A DNA stretch of 64,000 nt from an uncultured delta proteobacterium (GCA_963840855.1 CAWJBB010000062.1:1-64000), one strand, 5' to 3'; positions 9,524 through 20,074 are shown, counted from the first letter of the stretch. The notes: generated by a model from the letters alone, not told the origin. Numbers and translations: made by a program.

Positions 9524-10153
9524 ATGAGCGACGAAACGAAGAATAGTCCTGAATCAACCGACACCGCGGCCACGAATGAAACGGACTTTGTTAAAGCGAG
9601 CGCCCAATGCGCGGAGCCGCAATCCGAAACAGAGCTCCTCCGCGAACAGCTCAAGGCTAAGGAAGAAGAAGCGAAGAATAACTATGACCGCTTCCTACGC
9701 CAAACCGCAGATCTCGACAATTTCAAGAAAAGAGCGAGCCGGGACAGGGAAGATGCGATCCGCTTCGCTAATGAAGCTCTAGTCAAAGAATTGCTGCCCG
9801 TCGTTGATAATCTCGAGCGTGCCATCTCCCATGCCAAGGACGGCGGTGATGGAGAATCTCTTGTCGAAGGTGTGGAAATGATTTTGAAAGGGCTTTTCGA
9901 CGCTCTCGGTAAGCATGGCGTGGTGCAGATATCCGCCAACGGACAGCCGTTTAACCCGCAGCTGCACGAAGCCATGGCTCAAGTTGAGAGTGCCGGCCAC
10001 GAGCCCAATACGGTCTTGGAAGAACATCAAAAGGGCTATTTGCTCAAGGACAGGCTTCTTAGGCCCTCTCTGGTAACGGTAGTTAAGACCCTAAAATCAA
10101 ACGAGAAAAAAAACCAGAACAGCCCGGTTGAAAACAGTCCAAGCGATGATTAA
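9524..10153 (+). CDS. grpE: Nucleotide exchange factor GrpE
   Basis: ADLDNFKKR, LLPVVDNLERA, FNPQLHEA, KGYLLKDRLLRP. Confidence 0.95.
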   Translation: MSDETKNSPESTDTAATNETDFVKASAQCAEPQSETELLREQLKAKEEEAKNNYDRFLRQTADLDNFKKRASRDREDAIRFANEALVKELLPVVDNLERAISHAKDGGDGESLVEGVEMILKGLFDALGKHGVVQISANGQPFNPQLHEAMAQVESAGHEPNTVLEEHQKGYLLKDRLLRPSLVTVVKTLKSNEKKNQNSPVENSPSDD

Positions 10154-10208
10154 ATAACGCCTTGCGGCACGGGCAAACCTACGCACGCTGTTTTGAGGAG
10201 TCAAAAAT

Positions 10209-12128
10209 ATGGCAAAGGTGATCGGCATTGATTTAGGGACAACCAATTCATGTGTCGCCATAATGGAGGCGGGAGACCCCAACGTTTTGGCAAACTCCGA
10301 GGGGAGCCGCACGACTCCCTCGGTGGTCGCATTTACGGATAACGGCGAGCGGCTCGCCGGACAAATCGCACGGCGTCAGGCCATCACCAATCCAGAAAAT
10401 ACAATTTTTGCGGTGAAGCGGCTTATTGGCCGGCGGCATGACGACCCCATGGTGCAAAAGGCTGTCAAAGTCTTGCCTTATAAAATCGCCCGCAACGAAA
10501 GCGGCGATGCTTGGGTGGATATTCGTGGCAAGCAGTATAGTCCCGCTGAAATCTCGGCCTTCATCCTGCAAAAAATGAAGCAGACGGCGGAAGATTATCT
10601 TGGTGAAAAAGTCACCGACGCGGTAATCACGGTGCCGGCGTACTTTAACGACAGCCAGCGACAAGCAACTAAGGATGCCGGCCGCATCGCCGGCTTGAAC
10701 GTCCTACGCATCATCAACGAACCCACTGCCGCATCGCTGGCCTATGGCCTCGATAAGAAGAAAGATGAAAAGATCGCAGTCTTCGACCTTGGCGGTGGAA
10801 CCTTCGATATCTCGATCCTGGAATTGGGTGATGGCGTTTTCGAAGTTAAAGCGACTAACGGCGACACGTTCTTGGGCGGAGAAGACTTCGATCAGAGAAT
10901 CATCGACTACCTGGCCGACGAGTTCAAAAAAGACCAGGGCATCGACCTGCGTAAGGATCGCATGGCGCTGCAGCGTCTCAAGGAAGGCGCGGAGAAAGCC
11001 AAGTGCGAGCTCTCATCTTCGATGGAAACCGATATCAATCTCCCCTTCATCACGGCGGACCAGCAGGGACCGAAACATCTGAACATAAAACTGACTCGGT
11101 CGAAGCTCGAGGCGCTCTGCGGCGACTTGATCGACCGCACCGAGGGACCATGCCGCCAGGCTTTGAAAGACGCCGGGCTCTCGGCCGGCGATATCCATGA
11201 AGTAATTCTCGTCGGCGGTATGACGCGGATGCCGGCAGTACAGGAACGGGTCAAGAAGATTTTTGGCAAAGAGCCGCACCGAGGTGTTAATCCCGACGAA
11301 GTCGTCGCTGTCGGCGCCGCGATACAAGGAGCCGTGCTGACCGGCGAAGTGAAAGACGTTTTGCTCCTTGACGTCACCCCGTTGTCTCTCGGTATCGAAA
11401 CCCTAGGCAATATTTTTACCAAGCTCATCGAGCGCAACACCACGATCCCGACAAAGAAAAGCCAGGTATTTTCCACAGCTGCAGACAATCAAACGGCCGT
11501 TTCTATCCGGGTTTTCCAAGGGGAGCGGGAGATGGCCTCGAATAACAAGCTGCTGGGGCAATTCGATTTGGTGGGAATTCCCATTGCACCCCGGGGTATG
11601 CCTCAGATCGAGGTGACCTTCGATATCGACGCCAACGGTATCGTTCACGTCGGCGCCAAAGACCTCGGCACTGGTAAAGAACAGTCCATTCGTATCACGG
11701 CATCGAGCGGCCTCAGCGAAGACGAAATCAAACAGATGGTCAGGGATGCCGAGGCGCACGCTGCAGAGGACAAAAAGCACAAGGAAACCGTGGAGGCCCG
11801 TAATCATTTGGACTCGCTGGTTTATTCCACCGAAAAATCGCTCAAGGAATACGGTAGCGATCTGGACGGCGGAGTTAAGGAAAACATCGAAGCGGCGCTG
11901 AAAAAATCCAAGGAAGCGTTGGAAGGCCAAGACGCCGAAGCGATGCGCACGGCGGCGGAACAGCTGAGCCAGGCATCGCACAAGCTGGCGGAAGCGATGT
12001 ATGCCAAGGCGTCACAGCAGCAGGCCGCTCCGCAACAAGAAACACCGGCGCAGGATGGCCAGGCGGCAGGCGGCGGCAAAAAGAAAGACGATGTTGTAGA
12101 CGCCGACTTTACGGAGGTAAAGGACTGA
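10209..12128 (+). CDS. dnaK: Chaperone DnaK
   Basis: [27 protein letters not shown]-terminal VVDADFTEV. Confidence 0.99.
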   Translation: MAKVIGIDLGTTNSCVAIMEAGDPNVLANSEGSRTTPSVVAFTDNGERLAGQIARRQAITNPENTIFAVKRLIGRRHDDPMVQKAVKVLPYKIARNESGDAWVDIRGKQYSPAEISAFILQKMKQTAEDYLGEKVTDAVITVPAYFNDSQRQATKDAGRIAGLNVLRIINEPTAASLAYGLDKKKDEKIAVFDLGGGTFDISILELGDGVFEVKATNGDTFLGGEDFDQRIIDYLADEFKKDQGIDLRKDRMALQRLKEGAEKAKCELSSSMETDINLPFITADQQGPKHLNIKLTRSKLEALCGDLIDRTEGPCRQALKDAGLSAGDIHEVILVGGMTRMPAVQERVKKIFGKEPHRGVNPDEVVAVGAAIQGAVLTGEVKDVLLLDVTPLSLGIETLGNIFTKLIERNTTIPTKKSQVFSTAADNQTAVSIRVFQGEREMASNNKLLGQFDLVGIPIAPRGMPQIEVTFDIDANGIVHVGAKDLGTGKEQSIRITASSGLSEDEIKQMVRDAEAHAAEDKKHKETVEARNHLDSLVYSTEKSLKEYGSDLDGGVKENIEAALKKSKEALEGQDAEAMRTAAEQLSQASHKLAEAMYAKASQQQAAPQQETPAQDGQAAGGGKKKDDVVDADFTEVKD

Positions 12129-12160
12129 TCATTCGGGAAGCGGTCCAGGATTATCGCCGA

Positions 12161-12209
12161 AGAAGGCCCCTGCTTCAGATTTTGATTGTGAAGCGGGGCT
12201 TTCTTGTTT
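12161..12209 (+). terminator. Hairpin / intrinsic terminator between dnaK and dnaJ
   Basis: GAAGGCCCCTGCTTCA...TGAAGCGGGGCTTTC followed by TTGTTT. Confidence 0.6.
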
Positions 12210-12244
12210 ACACTTCCTGATAGAAAACCAGAGGCTAGTCATCA

Positions 12245-13351
12245 TTGAGCGCCAAGAAAGACTACTACGAGCTGCTCGGCGTTTCCCGCAACGCAAGCGA
12301 AGAAGAGATAAAGAAAGCTTACCGAAAACTCGCCCTGCAATATCATCCCGACCGCAATCCGGAGGATAAACAGTCCGAGGAAAAGTTCAAGGAAGTTTCG
12401 GAAGCTTATCAAATTCTCTCGGACGCAGAAAAGCGCGCAAAGTACGATCAGTATGGCCACGCTGCCTTCGGTGATGGCAGCCCTTTCCCTGGCGGTTTCG
12501 ATTTCACCGCCGGATTCGAAGATGTATTCGGCGATATTTTCGGTGAGTTCTTCGGCGGTGGCGCCCGGCGCGCGCGTGGCCGGGGCGACGATCTTCGCTA
12601 CAATCTAACGCTGAAATTCGAGGAAGCGGTCTTCGGCACGGAGAAAAAAATTAAAATTCCCCGCCATGGTCCCTGTGAAACCTGCCACGGAAGCGGCGCC
12701 AAAGCGGGCATGGCGCCACAGACTTGCCCGACATGCCGCGGCCGCGGGCAGGTGAGTTTTCAGCAAGGGTTTTTCAGCGTGTCGCGCACCTGTAGTCAAT
12801 GCCACGGCCAGGGAACGATCGTCAAAGACCCTTGCGGGAATTGCCGCGGCTCCGGCCGGTTGCGCAACCTGCACACCCTCAATGTCAAAATACCCGGCGG
12901 TGTTGATACCGGTTCGCGGTTGAAACTTAGAAACGAAGGCGAAAGCGCGCCCGCGGGCGGCGCTCCGGGAGATCTCTACGTGGTGATTCAAGTCGAGCCC
13001 CATCCGATCTTCATTCGCGAAAATCTCGACATCCTTTGCGATGTGCCGATCAGTATCGCGCAGGCCACCCTCGGCGCGGAAATCGACGTGCCGACGCTCA
13101 ATGGTAAAGTAAAAATGAAAATCCCGGCCGGAACTCAGTCCGGTAAAGTCTTTCGCATGAAAGGCAAAGGGATAAACGATGTTCAAGGTTACCGTCAAGG
13201 TGATCAGCATGTCCGCGTAAGCGTTGAAACTCCGACGCATCTAACAGCCCGCCAGAAGGAACTCTTGAAGGAATTTGCCACGGCCGGCGGTGAGGATGTC
13301 AACCCCATGGCCAAAGGCTTTCTCGACAAAATGAAGGATCTGTTCGGTTAA
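12245..13351 (+). CDS. dnaJ: Chaperone DnaJ (TTG start)
   Basis: J-domain HPD, G/F-rich region, four CxxCxGxG repeats. Confidence 0.97.
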   Translation: MSAKKDYYELLGVSRNASEEEIKKAYRKLALQYHPDRNPEDKQSEEKFKEVSEAYQILSDAEKRAKYDQYGHAAFGDGSPFPGGFDFTAGFEDVFGDIFGEFFGGGARRARGRGDDLRYNLTLKFEEAVFGTEKKIKIPRHGPCETCHGSGAKAGMAPQTCPTCRGRGQVSFQQGFFSVSRTCSQCHGQGTIVKDPCGNCRGSGRLRNLHTLNVKIPGGVDTGSRLKLRNEGESAPAGGAPGDLYVVIQVEPHPIFIRENLDILCDVPISIAQATLGAEIDVPTLNGKVKMKIPAGTQSGKVFRMKGKGINDVQGYRQGDQHVRVSVETPTHLTARQKELLKEFATAGGEDVNPMAKGFLDKMKDLFG

Positions 13352-13531
13352 GCCGCCACGGGCCATTGAGCGGCGGCTTCGCCGCGAGCCGGTCCTCGAT
13401 GGCGAGTTACACGCCTCCATTCGATCATCACGCGAATATCATTCCTTTGTTAGGCGCCTACAGCGCGGCGAGCCGTAGGCTCGCCATGATTCTCGAATAC
13501 CGGAAAAATTGGCGATTCAGCGTTGTTTTTG

Positions 13532-13560
13532 TTGACCTGCCGTGCCAGTGTGGTTAACTA
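13532..13560 (+). promoter_or_regulatory. Candidate promoter for lon, probably leaderless
   Basis: TTGACC-17-TAACTA, ATG 6 nt later, no SD. Confidence 0.45.
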
Positions 13561-13566
13561 CTGCCC

Positions 13567-16068
13567 ATGAGCGAAGTTGAATGGAAAATTGACGAGGCGG
13601 AAAACAAGGGCTCCCATGTCGAAATCCCTGACGTTCTTCCGCTCTTACCGATTCGCGATATCGTCATTTACCCCTACATGATGTTGCCGCTCTTCGTCGG
13701 CCGCGACGTGTCGATTCGCGCGGTGGAAGAAGCGCTGTCCCGGGACCGCTTAATCTTTCTCGTCTCGCAGAAAAACTCCGCCGAGGAAAACCCGTCGCCC
13801 GAGGGCATTCACGGCGTCGGCACCATCGCCTCAATCATGCGCATGATCAAGCTCGCCGACGGGCGGGTAAAAATTCTCGTCCAAGGCCTTGCCAAGGGAG
13901 AAGTCGGAGGGTTCGTGCGCGAACGGCCTTTTTTCGAGGTAAACATCCGCAAGGTCGTCGAGCCGCCGCTGACCGAAATGTCCATCGAGGTCGAGGCCCT
14001 GATGCGCACCGCCAAGGAGAAAATCGAACAGATTCTAAATCTCAAAAACCTCCCGCCGGAGATCGTAATGGTCACCGACAACATCAGTGACCCAGGCGTG
14101 TTGGCCGATCTCGTGGCGTCGAACCTGCGTTTGAAAATCGAGGAAAGCCAGGCGATTCTGGAAATCTTCGACCCCATTCACCGACTTAAAAAAGTCAATG
14201 AACTCTTGAGCCGGGAGCTTGAACTGTCAACCATGCAGGCGCGCATTCAGAGCCAAGCCAAGGACGAGATGACCAAGACCCAGCGCGACTATTTTCTGCG
14301 CGAGCAGATGAAGCAAATACAGCAGGAACTGGGTGAAGGTGACGAACGCGCGGAGGAAATCGGCGAGCTCAAAAAACAAATTGAAAAAGCCAAAATGCCC
14401 GTAGAAGTCAAAGGAGAGGCGGAGAAACAACTGCGCCGCCTCGAGCAGATGCATCCGGAATCTTCTGAGGCGTCGCTGGTGCGGACCTATTTGGACTGGC
14501 TCGTCGAATTGCCCTGGAGCAAGAGCACCAAGGATAATCTCAACATCAAGAAAGCCAAGCAGGTTCTCGACGAAGATCATTACAATCTGGAAAAAATCAA
14601 GGAACGCATACTCGAATACCTCGCGGTCAATAAACTGCGCAGGAAGATCAAGGGACCGATTCTCTGCTTTCTCGGGCCTCCAGGAGTCGGCAAAACTTCT
14701 TTGGGCCGCTCCATCGCGCGCTCGCTCAACCGCAGCTTCGTCCGCGTCTCATTGGGCGGGGTGCGCGACGAAGCCGAGATTCGCGGCCACCGGCGCACCT
14801 ACGTCGGCGCGCTGCCAGGGCGCATCATCCAGGGCATCAAGCAGGCTGGGTCCAACAATCCGGTATTCATGCTGGATGAGCTCGATAAAGTCGGTGCCGA
14901 TTTCCGCGGCGATCCATCGGCGGCGCTGCTGGAGGTGCTCGACCCCGAGCAAAATCACGCTTTCAGCGATCATTATCTGAATCTGCCGTTCGACCTGTCG
15001 AATGTGCTTTTCATTTGCACGGCGAACTTGTTGGACTCGGTCCCCGCGGCCTTGGCGGATCGCATGGAGGTTCTCCAGCTCTCCGGTTACACCAACGAGG
15101 AAAAACTCGAAATCGCCCGCAAGTATCTCATCCCGAGGCAGTTGGAAGATACCGGAATCTCCACCAAGTATCTGGAGATTTCCGACGAGGCAGCGCTGCG
15201 CATCATCGGGGAGTACACAAAAGAAGCCGGTTTGCGCAATCTCGAGCGGGAGATCGCTTCGATCTGCCGCAAGGTGGCGCGTAAGGTCGCGGAGGGGAAA
15301 GACGATCTGACGCGTATTACGCGGGCGAATATTCAATCGTACCTTGGCGCCCCAAAATTCCTCCCCGAGACCGAACAGGAACAGCATGAAATCGGTGTCG
15401 GCACCGGTTTGGCTTGGACGAGCACCGGAGGCGAGATTCTCTACGTCGAGGCGTCGCTGTCCAAAGGACGGGGTAATCTGACACTCACCGGGCAACTAGG
15501 CGAGGTGATGAAAGAATCCGGTCAGGCGGCCGTCAGTTATGCCCGCGCCCACGCAAAGACGTTGGGGATCGAGGCGGACTTCTACCAGAAACTCGACATC
15601 CATATCCATGTTCCTGCGGGGGCGATTCCAAAAGATGGACCGTCGGCGGGAATTACCATGGCCACCGCCCTGATCTCCGCCTTGACCAAGCGGCGGGTGA
15701 GTCGCGACGTCGCGATGACCGGAGAGATTACTCTACGCGGTCGGGTTTTACCCATTGGCGGCTTGAAAGAAAAATCCCTGGCGGCCGTGCGGGCCGGCAT
15801 CAAGACCATCATCATTCCCGACCGCAACGAAAAAGACCTGGATGAAATTCCGAAGCCGCTACGCCGAAAACTCCGTTGGGTCGTGGCTAAAAATATGTCG
15901 GATGTTCTCAAGGTCGCTCTGTTGGACAGTGGGGCGAAGACCGTCAAAACTCGCCGCCGGGCGAATGCGCGAAGACGTTTCAATGCCCGCGGGCGCAAAG
16001 CGCCGTTGCGTACCAAGCGGCCGCTGCGCAAGCACCACCGTGAAAGGGCTATCCCACTCAGGCCATAG
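13567..16068 (+). CDS. lon: ATP-dependent Lon protease with a basic C-terminal tail
   Basis: LON N-domain, GPPGVGKTS, catalytic KDGPSAG, IGGLKEK. Confidence 0.97.
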   Translation: MSEVEWKIDEAENKGSHVEIPDVLPLLPIRDIVIYPYMMLPLFVGRDVSIRAVEEALSRDRLIFLVSQKNSAEENPSPEGIHGVGTIASIMRMIKLADGRVKILVQGLAKGEVGGFVRERPFFEVNIRKVVEPPLTEMSIEVEALMRTAKEKIEQILNLKNLPPEIVMVTDNISDPGVLADLVASNLRLKIEESQAILEIFDPIHRLKKVNELLSRELELSTMQARIQSQAKDEMTKTQRDYFLREQMKQIQQELGEGDERAEEIGELKKQIEKAKMPVEVKGEAEKQLRRLEQMHPESSEASLVRTYLDWLVELPWSKSTKDNLNIKKAKQVLDEDHYNLEKIKERILEYLAVNKLRRKIKGPILCFLGPPGVGKTSLGRSIARSLNRSFVRVSLGGVRDEAEIRGHRRTYVGALPGRIIQGIKQAGSNNPVFMLDELDKVGADFRGDPSAALLEVLDPEQNHAFSDHYLNLPFDLSNVLFICTANLLDSVPAALADRMEVLQLSGYTNEEKLEIARKYLIPRQLEDTGISTKYLEISDEAALRIIGEYTKEAGLRNLEREIASICRKVARKVAEGKDDLTRITRANIQSYLGAPKFLPETEQEQHEIGVGTGLAWTSTGGEILYVEASLSKGRGNLTLTGQLGEVMKESGQAAVSYARAHAKTLGIEADFYQKLDIHIHVPAGAIPKDGPSAGITMATALISALTKRRVSRDVAMTGEITLRGRVLPIGGLKEKSLAAVRAGIKTIIIPDRNEKDLDEIPKPLRRKLRWVVAKNMSDVLKVALLDSGAKTVKTRRRANARRRFNARGRKAPLRTKRPLRKHHRERAIPLRP

Positions 16069-16136
16069 CCATTCCGTCGTTACCTGGATTATTCACCGAC
16101 CCCGTTGGAGCCGCTCCCGATTGGCACCTCGAACTT

Positions 16137-17147
16137 ATGAAGCTCAGCCAGCTCGGTGAATTCGGACTTATCGACAAAATCCGCCGTGCGACGCCGAAAG
16201 GGCGAGGCGTGTGGCTCGGCATCGGCGACGATGCCGCATGGGTAGGCAGTCCTTCTGCATCTTGCCTGGTGACGGCGGACTTGCTCCTCGAAGGCGTCCA
16301 TTTCGATCTCAAGTGGAGTTCTCTCTTCGATCTTGGCTACAAATCCCTTGCCGTTAATCTGAGCGATATCGCCGCCATGGGCGGTGTGCCGGCTTATGTC
16401 ATTGTCTCGCTTGGTATCCCCCGTCATTTTCGCACCGAGCAGATTGACGAATTTTATCGCGGCATGAATAACCTCGCCCGCAAATGCGGTGTGTCCCTCG
16501 TCGGCGGCGACACCAGCGTTGCCGGATCGCTGCTCATATCGGTCGGTCTCATCGGTCATGCCCCCCATCGTCCGATAGCCCGCCACGGCGCGAAGGTTGG
16601 CGATGACATCTACGTCACCGGGACTCTGGGCGACGCGGCGTTGGCGTTGACACTTTTAAAAAGCAAATCGCCCGCGCTCGGTAATCCGGCGGCTGCCTCT
16701 CTTCTCAAGCGGCATCATAAACCGTTACCGCGTTGCCGAGCCGGTTTTCTGCTGGCGCGCGAAAAATTGGCCGCGGCGATGATCGATGTCAGCGATGGTT
16801 TGCTTCAGGACCTCAGCCATATATGCAATGCGAGCGGTATCGGCGCGGTCATATGGGAAGAGAACTTGCCGCTGTCCCGATCGTACCATATGCTCGCTGG
16901 CAAAGGAGGTAGTCGTTGGGCAATGTCCGGCGGCGAGGATTACGAGCTGCTGTTTTGTGCCCGGCGCCCAAGACGCGCGGCCATACAAGCCCTAGCCGTA
17001 CGCGCGGGTGTGCGCATCACCCGGATCGGCGCCTGCGTGACTAAAAGGGAAGGAATCACCGTTCTCGACCCTTTCGGCCGAAAGGTAAGGCTGGCGGCGC
17101 GGGGTCATGACCATTTTGGCCAACGGAATCTCGGCCGATTGAAATAG
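16137..17147 (+). CDS. thiL: Thiamine-monophosphate kinase
   Basis: GEFGLI, GIGDDAA, NLSDIAAMGG, IDVSDGL, GGEDYEL. Confidence 0.95.
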   Translation: MKLSQLGEFGLIDKIRRATPKGRGVWLGIGDDAAWVGSPSASCLVTADLLLEGVHFDLKWSSLFDLGYKSLAVNLSDIAAMGGVPAYVIVSLGIPRHFRTEQIDEFYRGMNNLARKCGVSLVGGDTSVAGSLLISVGLIGHAPHRPIARHGAKVGDDIYVTGTLGDAALALTLLKSKSPALGNPAAASLLKRHHKPLPRCRAGFLLAREKLAAAMIDVSDGLLQDLSHICNASGIGAVIWEENLPLSRSYHMLAGKGGSRWAMSGGEDYELLFCARRPRRAAIQALAVRAGVRITRIGACVTKREGITVLDPFGRKVRLAARGHDHFGQRNLGRLK

Positions 17148-17172
17148 TCGTAGCACCACTGGACGAGACGAG

Positions 17173-17922
17173 ATGGATGCCTTGCGCTTGACCGAACTGC
17201 TCGAAAAAGTCCGTAACGGAAAGCTTTCGGTAACCGAAGCGGTGGCACGCCTGCGCCATTTGCCATTTGAAGACCTAGGTTTCGCCAAGGTAGATCACCA
17301 TCGGGCCGTGCGCCAGGGCTTTCCCGAGGTGATCCTGGGCCAAGGCAAAGAGCCCAAACAAATTGTTGCCATCGCCCGCGCCATGCAGCGCAACCGCTCC
17401 GATATACTCGTGACACGTATCGACGCCGAAAAAATGGCGCGCATAAAAAATTCCCTGCGCGGTCTCAAATATCATGCCGACGCCCGCGCCGCCACCTGGA
17501 CGGCGCGGCCGGTTCGCATTGTCGGCAAGGGCACGGTGCTGGTAGTTTGCGCCGGGACATCGGATATTCCTATTGCGGAAGAGTCGGCGGTGACGGCTAT
17601 GATGATGGGTAACCGAGTGGAGAGACTCTTCGACGTCGGGGTCGCCGGGATTCACCGGCTGTTAGAAAACCGGCCAAAGCTGGACGCTGCCGCGGTTTTG
17701 ATCGTCGTCGCGGGCATGGAAGGGGCATTGCCGAGCGTCATCGCGGGTTTGATCGATAAGCCCGTGATCGCCGTGCCCACCAGCATCGGCTATGGCGCCA
17801 GTTTCAACGGCATCGCGGCGCTCTTGGGAATGCTCAACTCCTGCGCGGCCGGCGTCACTGTTGTAAACATCGATAATGGTTTTGGCGCGGGGTTTGCGGC
17901 GAGCCTTATAAACCGGCTATAA
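17173..17922 (+). CDS. larB: LarB-like (PurE-related) nickel-pincer cofactor carboxylase
   Basis: DHHRAVRQGFPEV, AGTSD, DVGVAGIHR, AGMEGALPS, VNIDNGFGA. Confidence 0.9.
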   Translation: MDALRLTELLEKVRNGKLSVTEAVARLRHLPFEDLGFAKVDHHRAVRQGFPEVILGQGKEPKQIVAIARAMQRNRSDILVTRIDAEKMARIKNSLRGLKYHADARAATWTARPVRIVGKGTVLVVCAGTSDIPIAEESAVTAMMMGNRVERLFDVGVAGIHRLLENRPKLDAAAVLIVVAGMEGALPSVIAGLIDKPVIAVPTSIGYGASFNGIAALLGMLNSCAAGVTVVNIDNGFGAGFAASLINRL

Positions 17923-17931
17923 CGTGGCGAC

Positions 17932-18243
17932 ATGCAGTGTCATCACTGCGGCAGAGAGGTCCGGCAAACGATTCACTGGCAAAAAGCTTACAAGGTGGAT
18001 TATTATCTGCTGCACACGGGCCCCACGGAATGGGCATACTTTGTAAATCCCAAACTCGATGCTCCCCCCGTTCGGTACCGCAAATTGACTCAGCCCACGG
18101 ATATCATCACCTGCGTCGACTGTTATGCTCTCCCGGAAATCAAGCACCGACTGGATGAAGATTTCAGCGGCCGGCGCCCGCTTTTCGAGATGAACGAAGA
18201 GAATTCAGGGTATTTTACTCCGAGGCCAGAAGCTGATGGATAG
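17932..18243 (+). CDS. Hypothetical small protein with two CxxC motifs (putative Zn-binding)
   Basis: CHHC at the N-terminus and CVDC later; 9 bp after larB and overlapping the next gene. Confidence 0.75.
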   Translation: MQCHHCGREVRQTIHWQKAYKVDYYLLHTGPTEWAYFVNPKLDAPPVRYRKLTQPTDIITCVDCYALPEIKHRLDEDFSGRRPLFEMNEENSGYFTPRPEADG

Positions 18244-18661
18244 GGAAAAGAACTACCGCATCACCGCCCGCCAGTCGGAACTGGCGGTGCGGATCGTGGG
18301 CAAATCTCAAGCGAACCTTTTCGTCAACGCCGCTATTGCGCTGTTTGACGTCATGACCGAAAGTGACAAAATTGAAGCGAAAGAGCGTATGCAATTGGAG
18401 GTGGAGGGCAGTGACCGCGATGACCTGCTGGTTAACTGGCTGCGCGAGCTGCTCTACCTCTACCAGGGGAGCGCCTATTTGCTGAAGGACTTCAATATCC
18501 GCGAGGTTAAGGACACAGTGGTCAAAGCTGAAGTGGGCGGCGAAAAGCTCGACCCGGACCGCCACGAGGTCAAACAGGAGATCACCGCGGTGGCTTATCA
18601 CCAGAGCCATATGCAAAAAACCGGCGACCAGTGGATCGCGCAGGTGATCTTTGAGGTGTAA
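18236..18661 (+). CDS. Archease-family protein, divergent
   Basis: LFVNAAIALFDVM, DLLVNWLRELLY, EITAVAYH, VIFEV give the archease pattern; 141 aa. Confidence 0.85.
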   Translation: MDREKNYRITARQSELAVRIVGKSQANLFVNAAIALFDVMTESDKIEAKERMQLEVEGSDRDDLLVNWLRELLYLYQGSAYLLKDFNIREVKDTVVKAEVGGEKLDPDRHEVKQEITAVAYHQSHMQKTGDQWIAQVIFEV

Positions 18662-18670
18662 GACTATTCC

Positions 18671-20074
18671 ATGGCACAGGTAAGCGAAGGTGAATTCGGC
18701 GGCACGGCGCTCATCGCCGACCCCATCCATCGCTATATTCAGTTTACCGTTCCGGAAACCAAGGGCGAAATAACGGAAAAAGCGCTTATCGACTCGCCCT
18801 GGGTGCAGCGGCTCCGCTATATTTACCAGCTGCAGAGCGCGCGCTGGGTCTTCCCCTCCGCGGAACATAGCCGCTTTCAGCATTCTCTGGGCGCCATGCA
18901 CCTGGCCGGAGAGTTCGCTAAACACCTCTATCCGTCGCTCAGCCGAGTGCTCGGCTCGGAGTGTCCTTCAGCGCCGTTTATCGAGGAGTATATGCGCGTG
19001 ACGGGGCTGCTCCATGATATCGGTCATGGCCCCTTCGGCCATTTCTTCGACGATAACTTTCTTCACAATTACGATCTCACCCACGAAGACCTGGGTCAAA
19101 CAATCATTCAAAAACACCTGGACGATATTATTCGCCAGCTGCGCCGCAGTCCGAGCGGTTCCTTCGCCGCGGGAGAAGAACTGAGCCCGGAGGACGTGGC
19201 TTTTCCCATCAAGAAAAACGGCAAAGAAGATCAGCAAAAACCCAGGTGGGTCAGATTCCTTCAGCCCCTTACCGGCGGCATCTTTACCTTTGACAATCTC
19301 GACTACGTGTCGCGCGACTCGTATATGTGCGGCGTGGCGGTGGGGCCCGTCGACCGCGAGCGGCTGATTCATTACACGTTTTTTACCCCCAAGGGATTGA
19401 CGCTGCACAAGGCGGGCAACGGCGCCCTGACCATGTTTCTCAACGCGCGGCTCTATCTTTACACGAATGTCTACTATCACCGCACTACCCGCGCTATCGA
19501 TCTCCATCTGCGCGATATTTTTCCCGAAACAATGAAAGCGCTTTTCCCCGGCAATCCCCTGCAGCATATGGATGAATATTTGTACCTCACCGACTGGTCA
19601 CTGCTCCAGGAGGTGACGCGCTGGCGCCGCCACGGGGGCGAGTTTGAAGCGCTCGGCAAAGAATGGGAATCGGTGCTGCACCGCGAAGTGAAGTGGAAGA
19701 TGGCCTATGACCGGACCCTGGCGCTGAACGAGCTTCGCCACGGCGTGTCGCTCATCCAAGATACGGACTGGGAGAAGCGCATCCGCTCGGCCTTGCCGCC
19801 GGCGCTGCGCGACCTCGTGTTTCGCATCGACATGGCGACCCAGGATCCGCGGCCAGAAAATCCCTTTGCCATGGGTAAAAAGCAGATTTACATCTTCGAT
19901 CCCTCCAGCGGCGATATCGCCAAGGAATCTTTGGCCGAGCTGTTTGAATTCATACCGTCGAAGGTGGTCCAGTTCAGGGTCTTCGCCCTTGACCACGAGC
20001 AAGACCCGCTCCTTGCTGAGGTGGCCGAGAACACCTTGAAAGGACGGTCGCCAGCCGTCAAAACCAGTGTCTAG
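18671..20074 (+). CDS. HD-domain phosphohydrolase, SAMHD1/EF1143-like (putative dNTP triphosphohydrolase)
   Basis: DPIH, QRLRYIYQL, HSRFQHSLG, LLHDIGHGPFGH, DNLDYVSRDS, VYYH. Confidence 0.9.
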   Translation: MAQVSEGEFGGTALIADPIHRYIQFTVPETKGEITEKALIDSPWVQRLRYIYQLQSARWVFPSAEHSRFQHSLGAMHLAGEFAKHLYPSLSRVLGSECPSAPFIEEYMRVTGLLHDIGHGPFGHFFDDNFLHNYDLTHEDLGQTIIQKHLDDIIRQLRRSPSGSFAAGEELSPEDVAFPIKKNGKEDQQKPRWVRFLQPLTGGIFTFDNLDYVSRDSYMCGVAVGPVDRERLIHYTFFTPKGLTLHKAGNGALTMFLNARLYLYTNVYYHRTTRAIDLHLRDIFPETMKALFPGNPLQHMDEYLYLTDWSLLQEVTRWRRHGGEFEALGKEWESVLHREVKWKMAYDRTLALNELRHGVSLIQDTDWEKRIRSALPPALRDLVFRIDMATQDPRPENPFAMGKKQIYIFDPSSGDIAKESLAELFEFIPSKVVQFRVFALDHEQDPLLAEVAENTLKGRSPAVKTSV

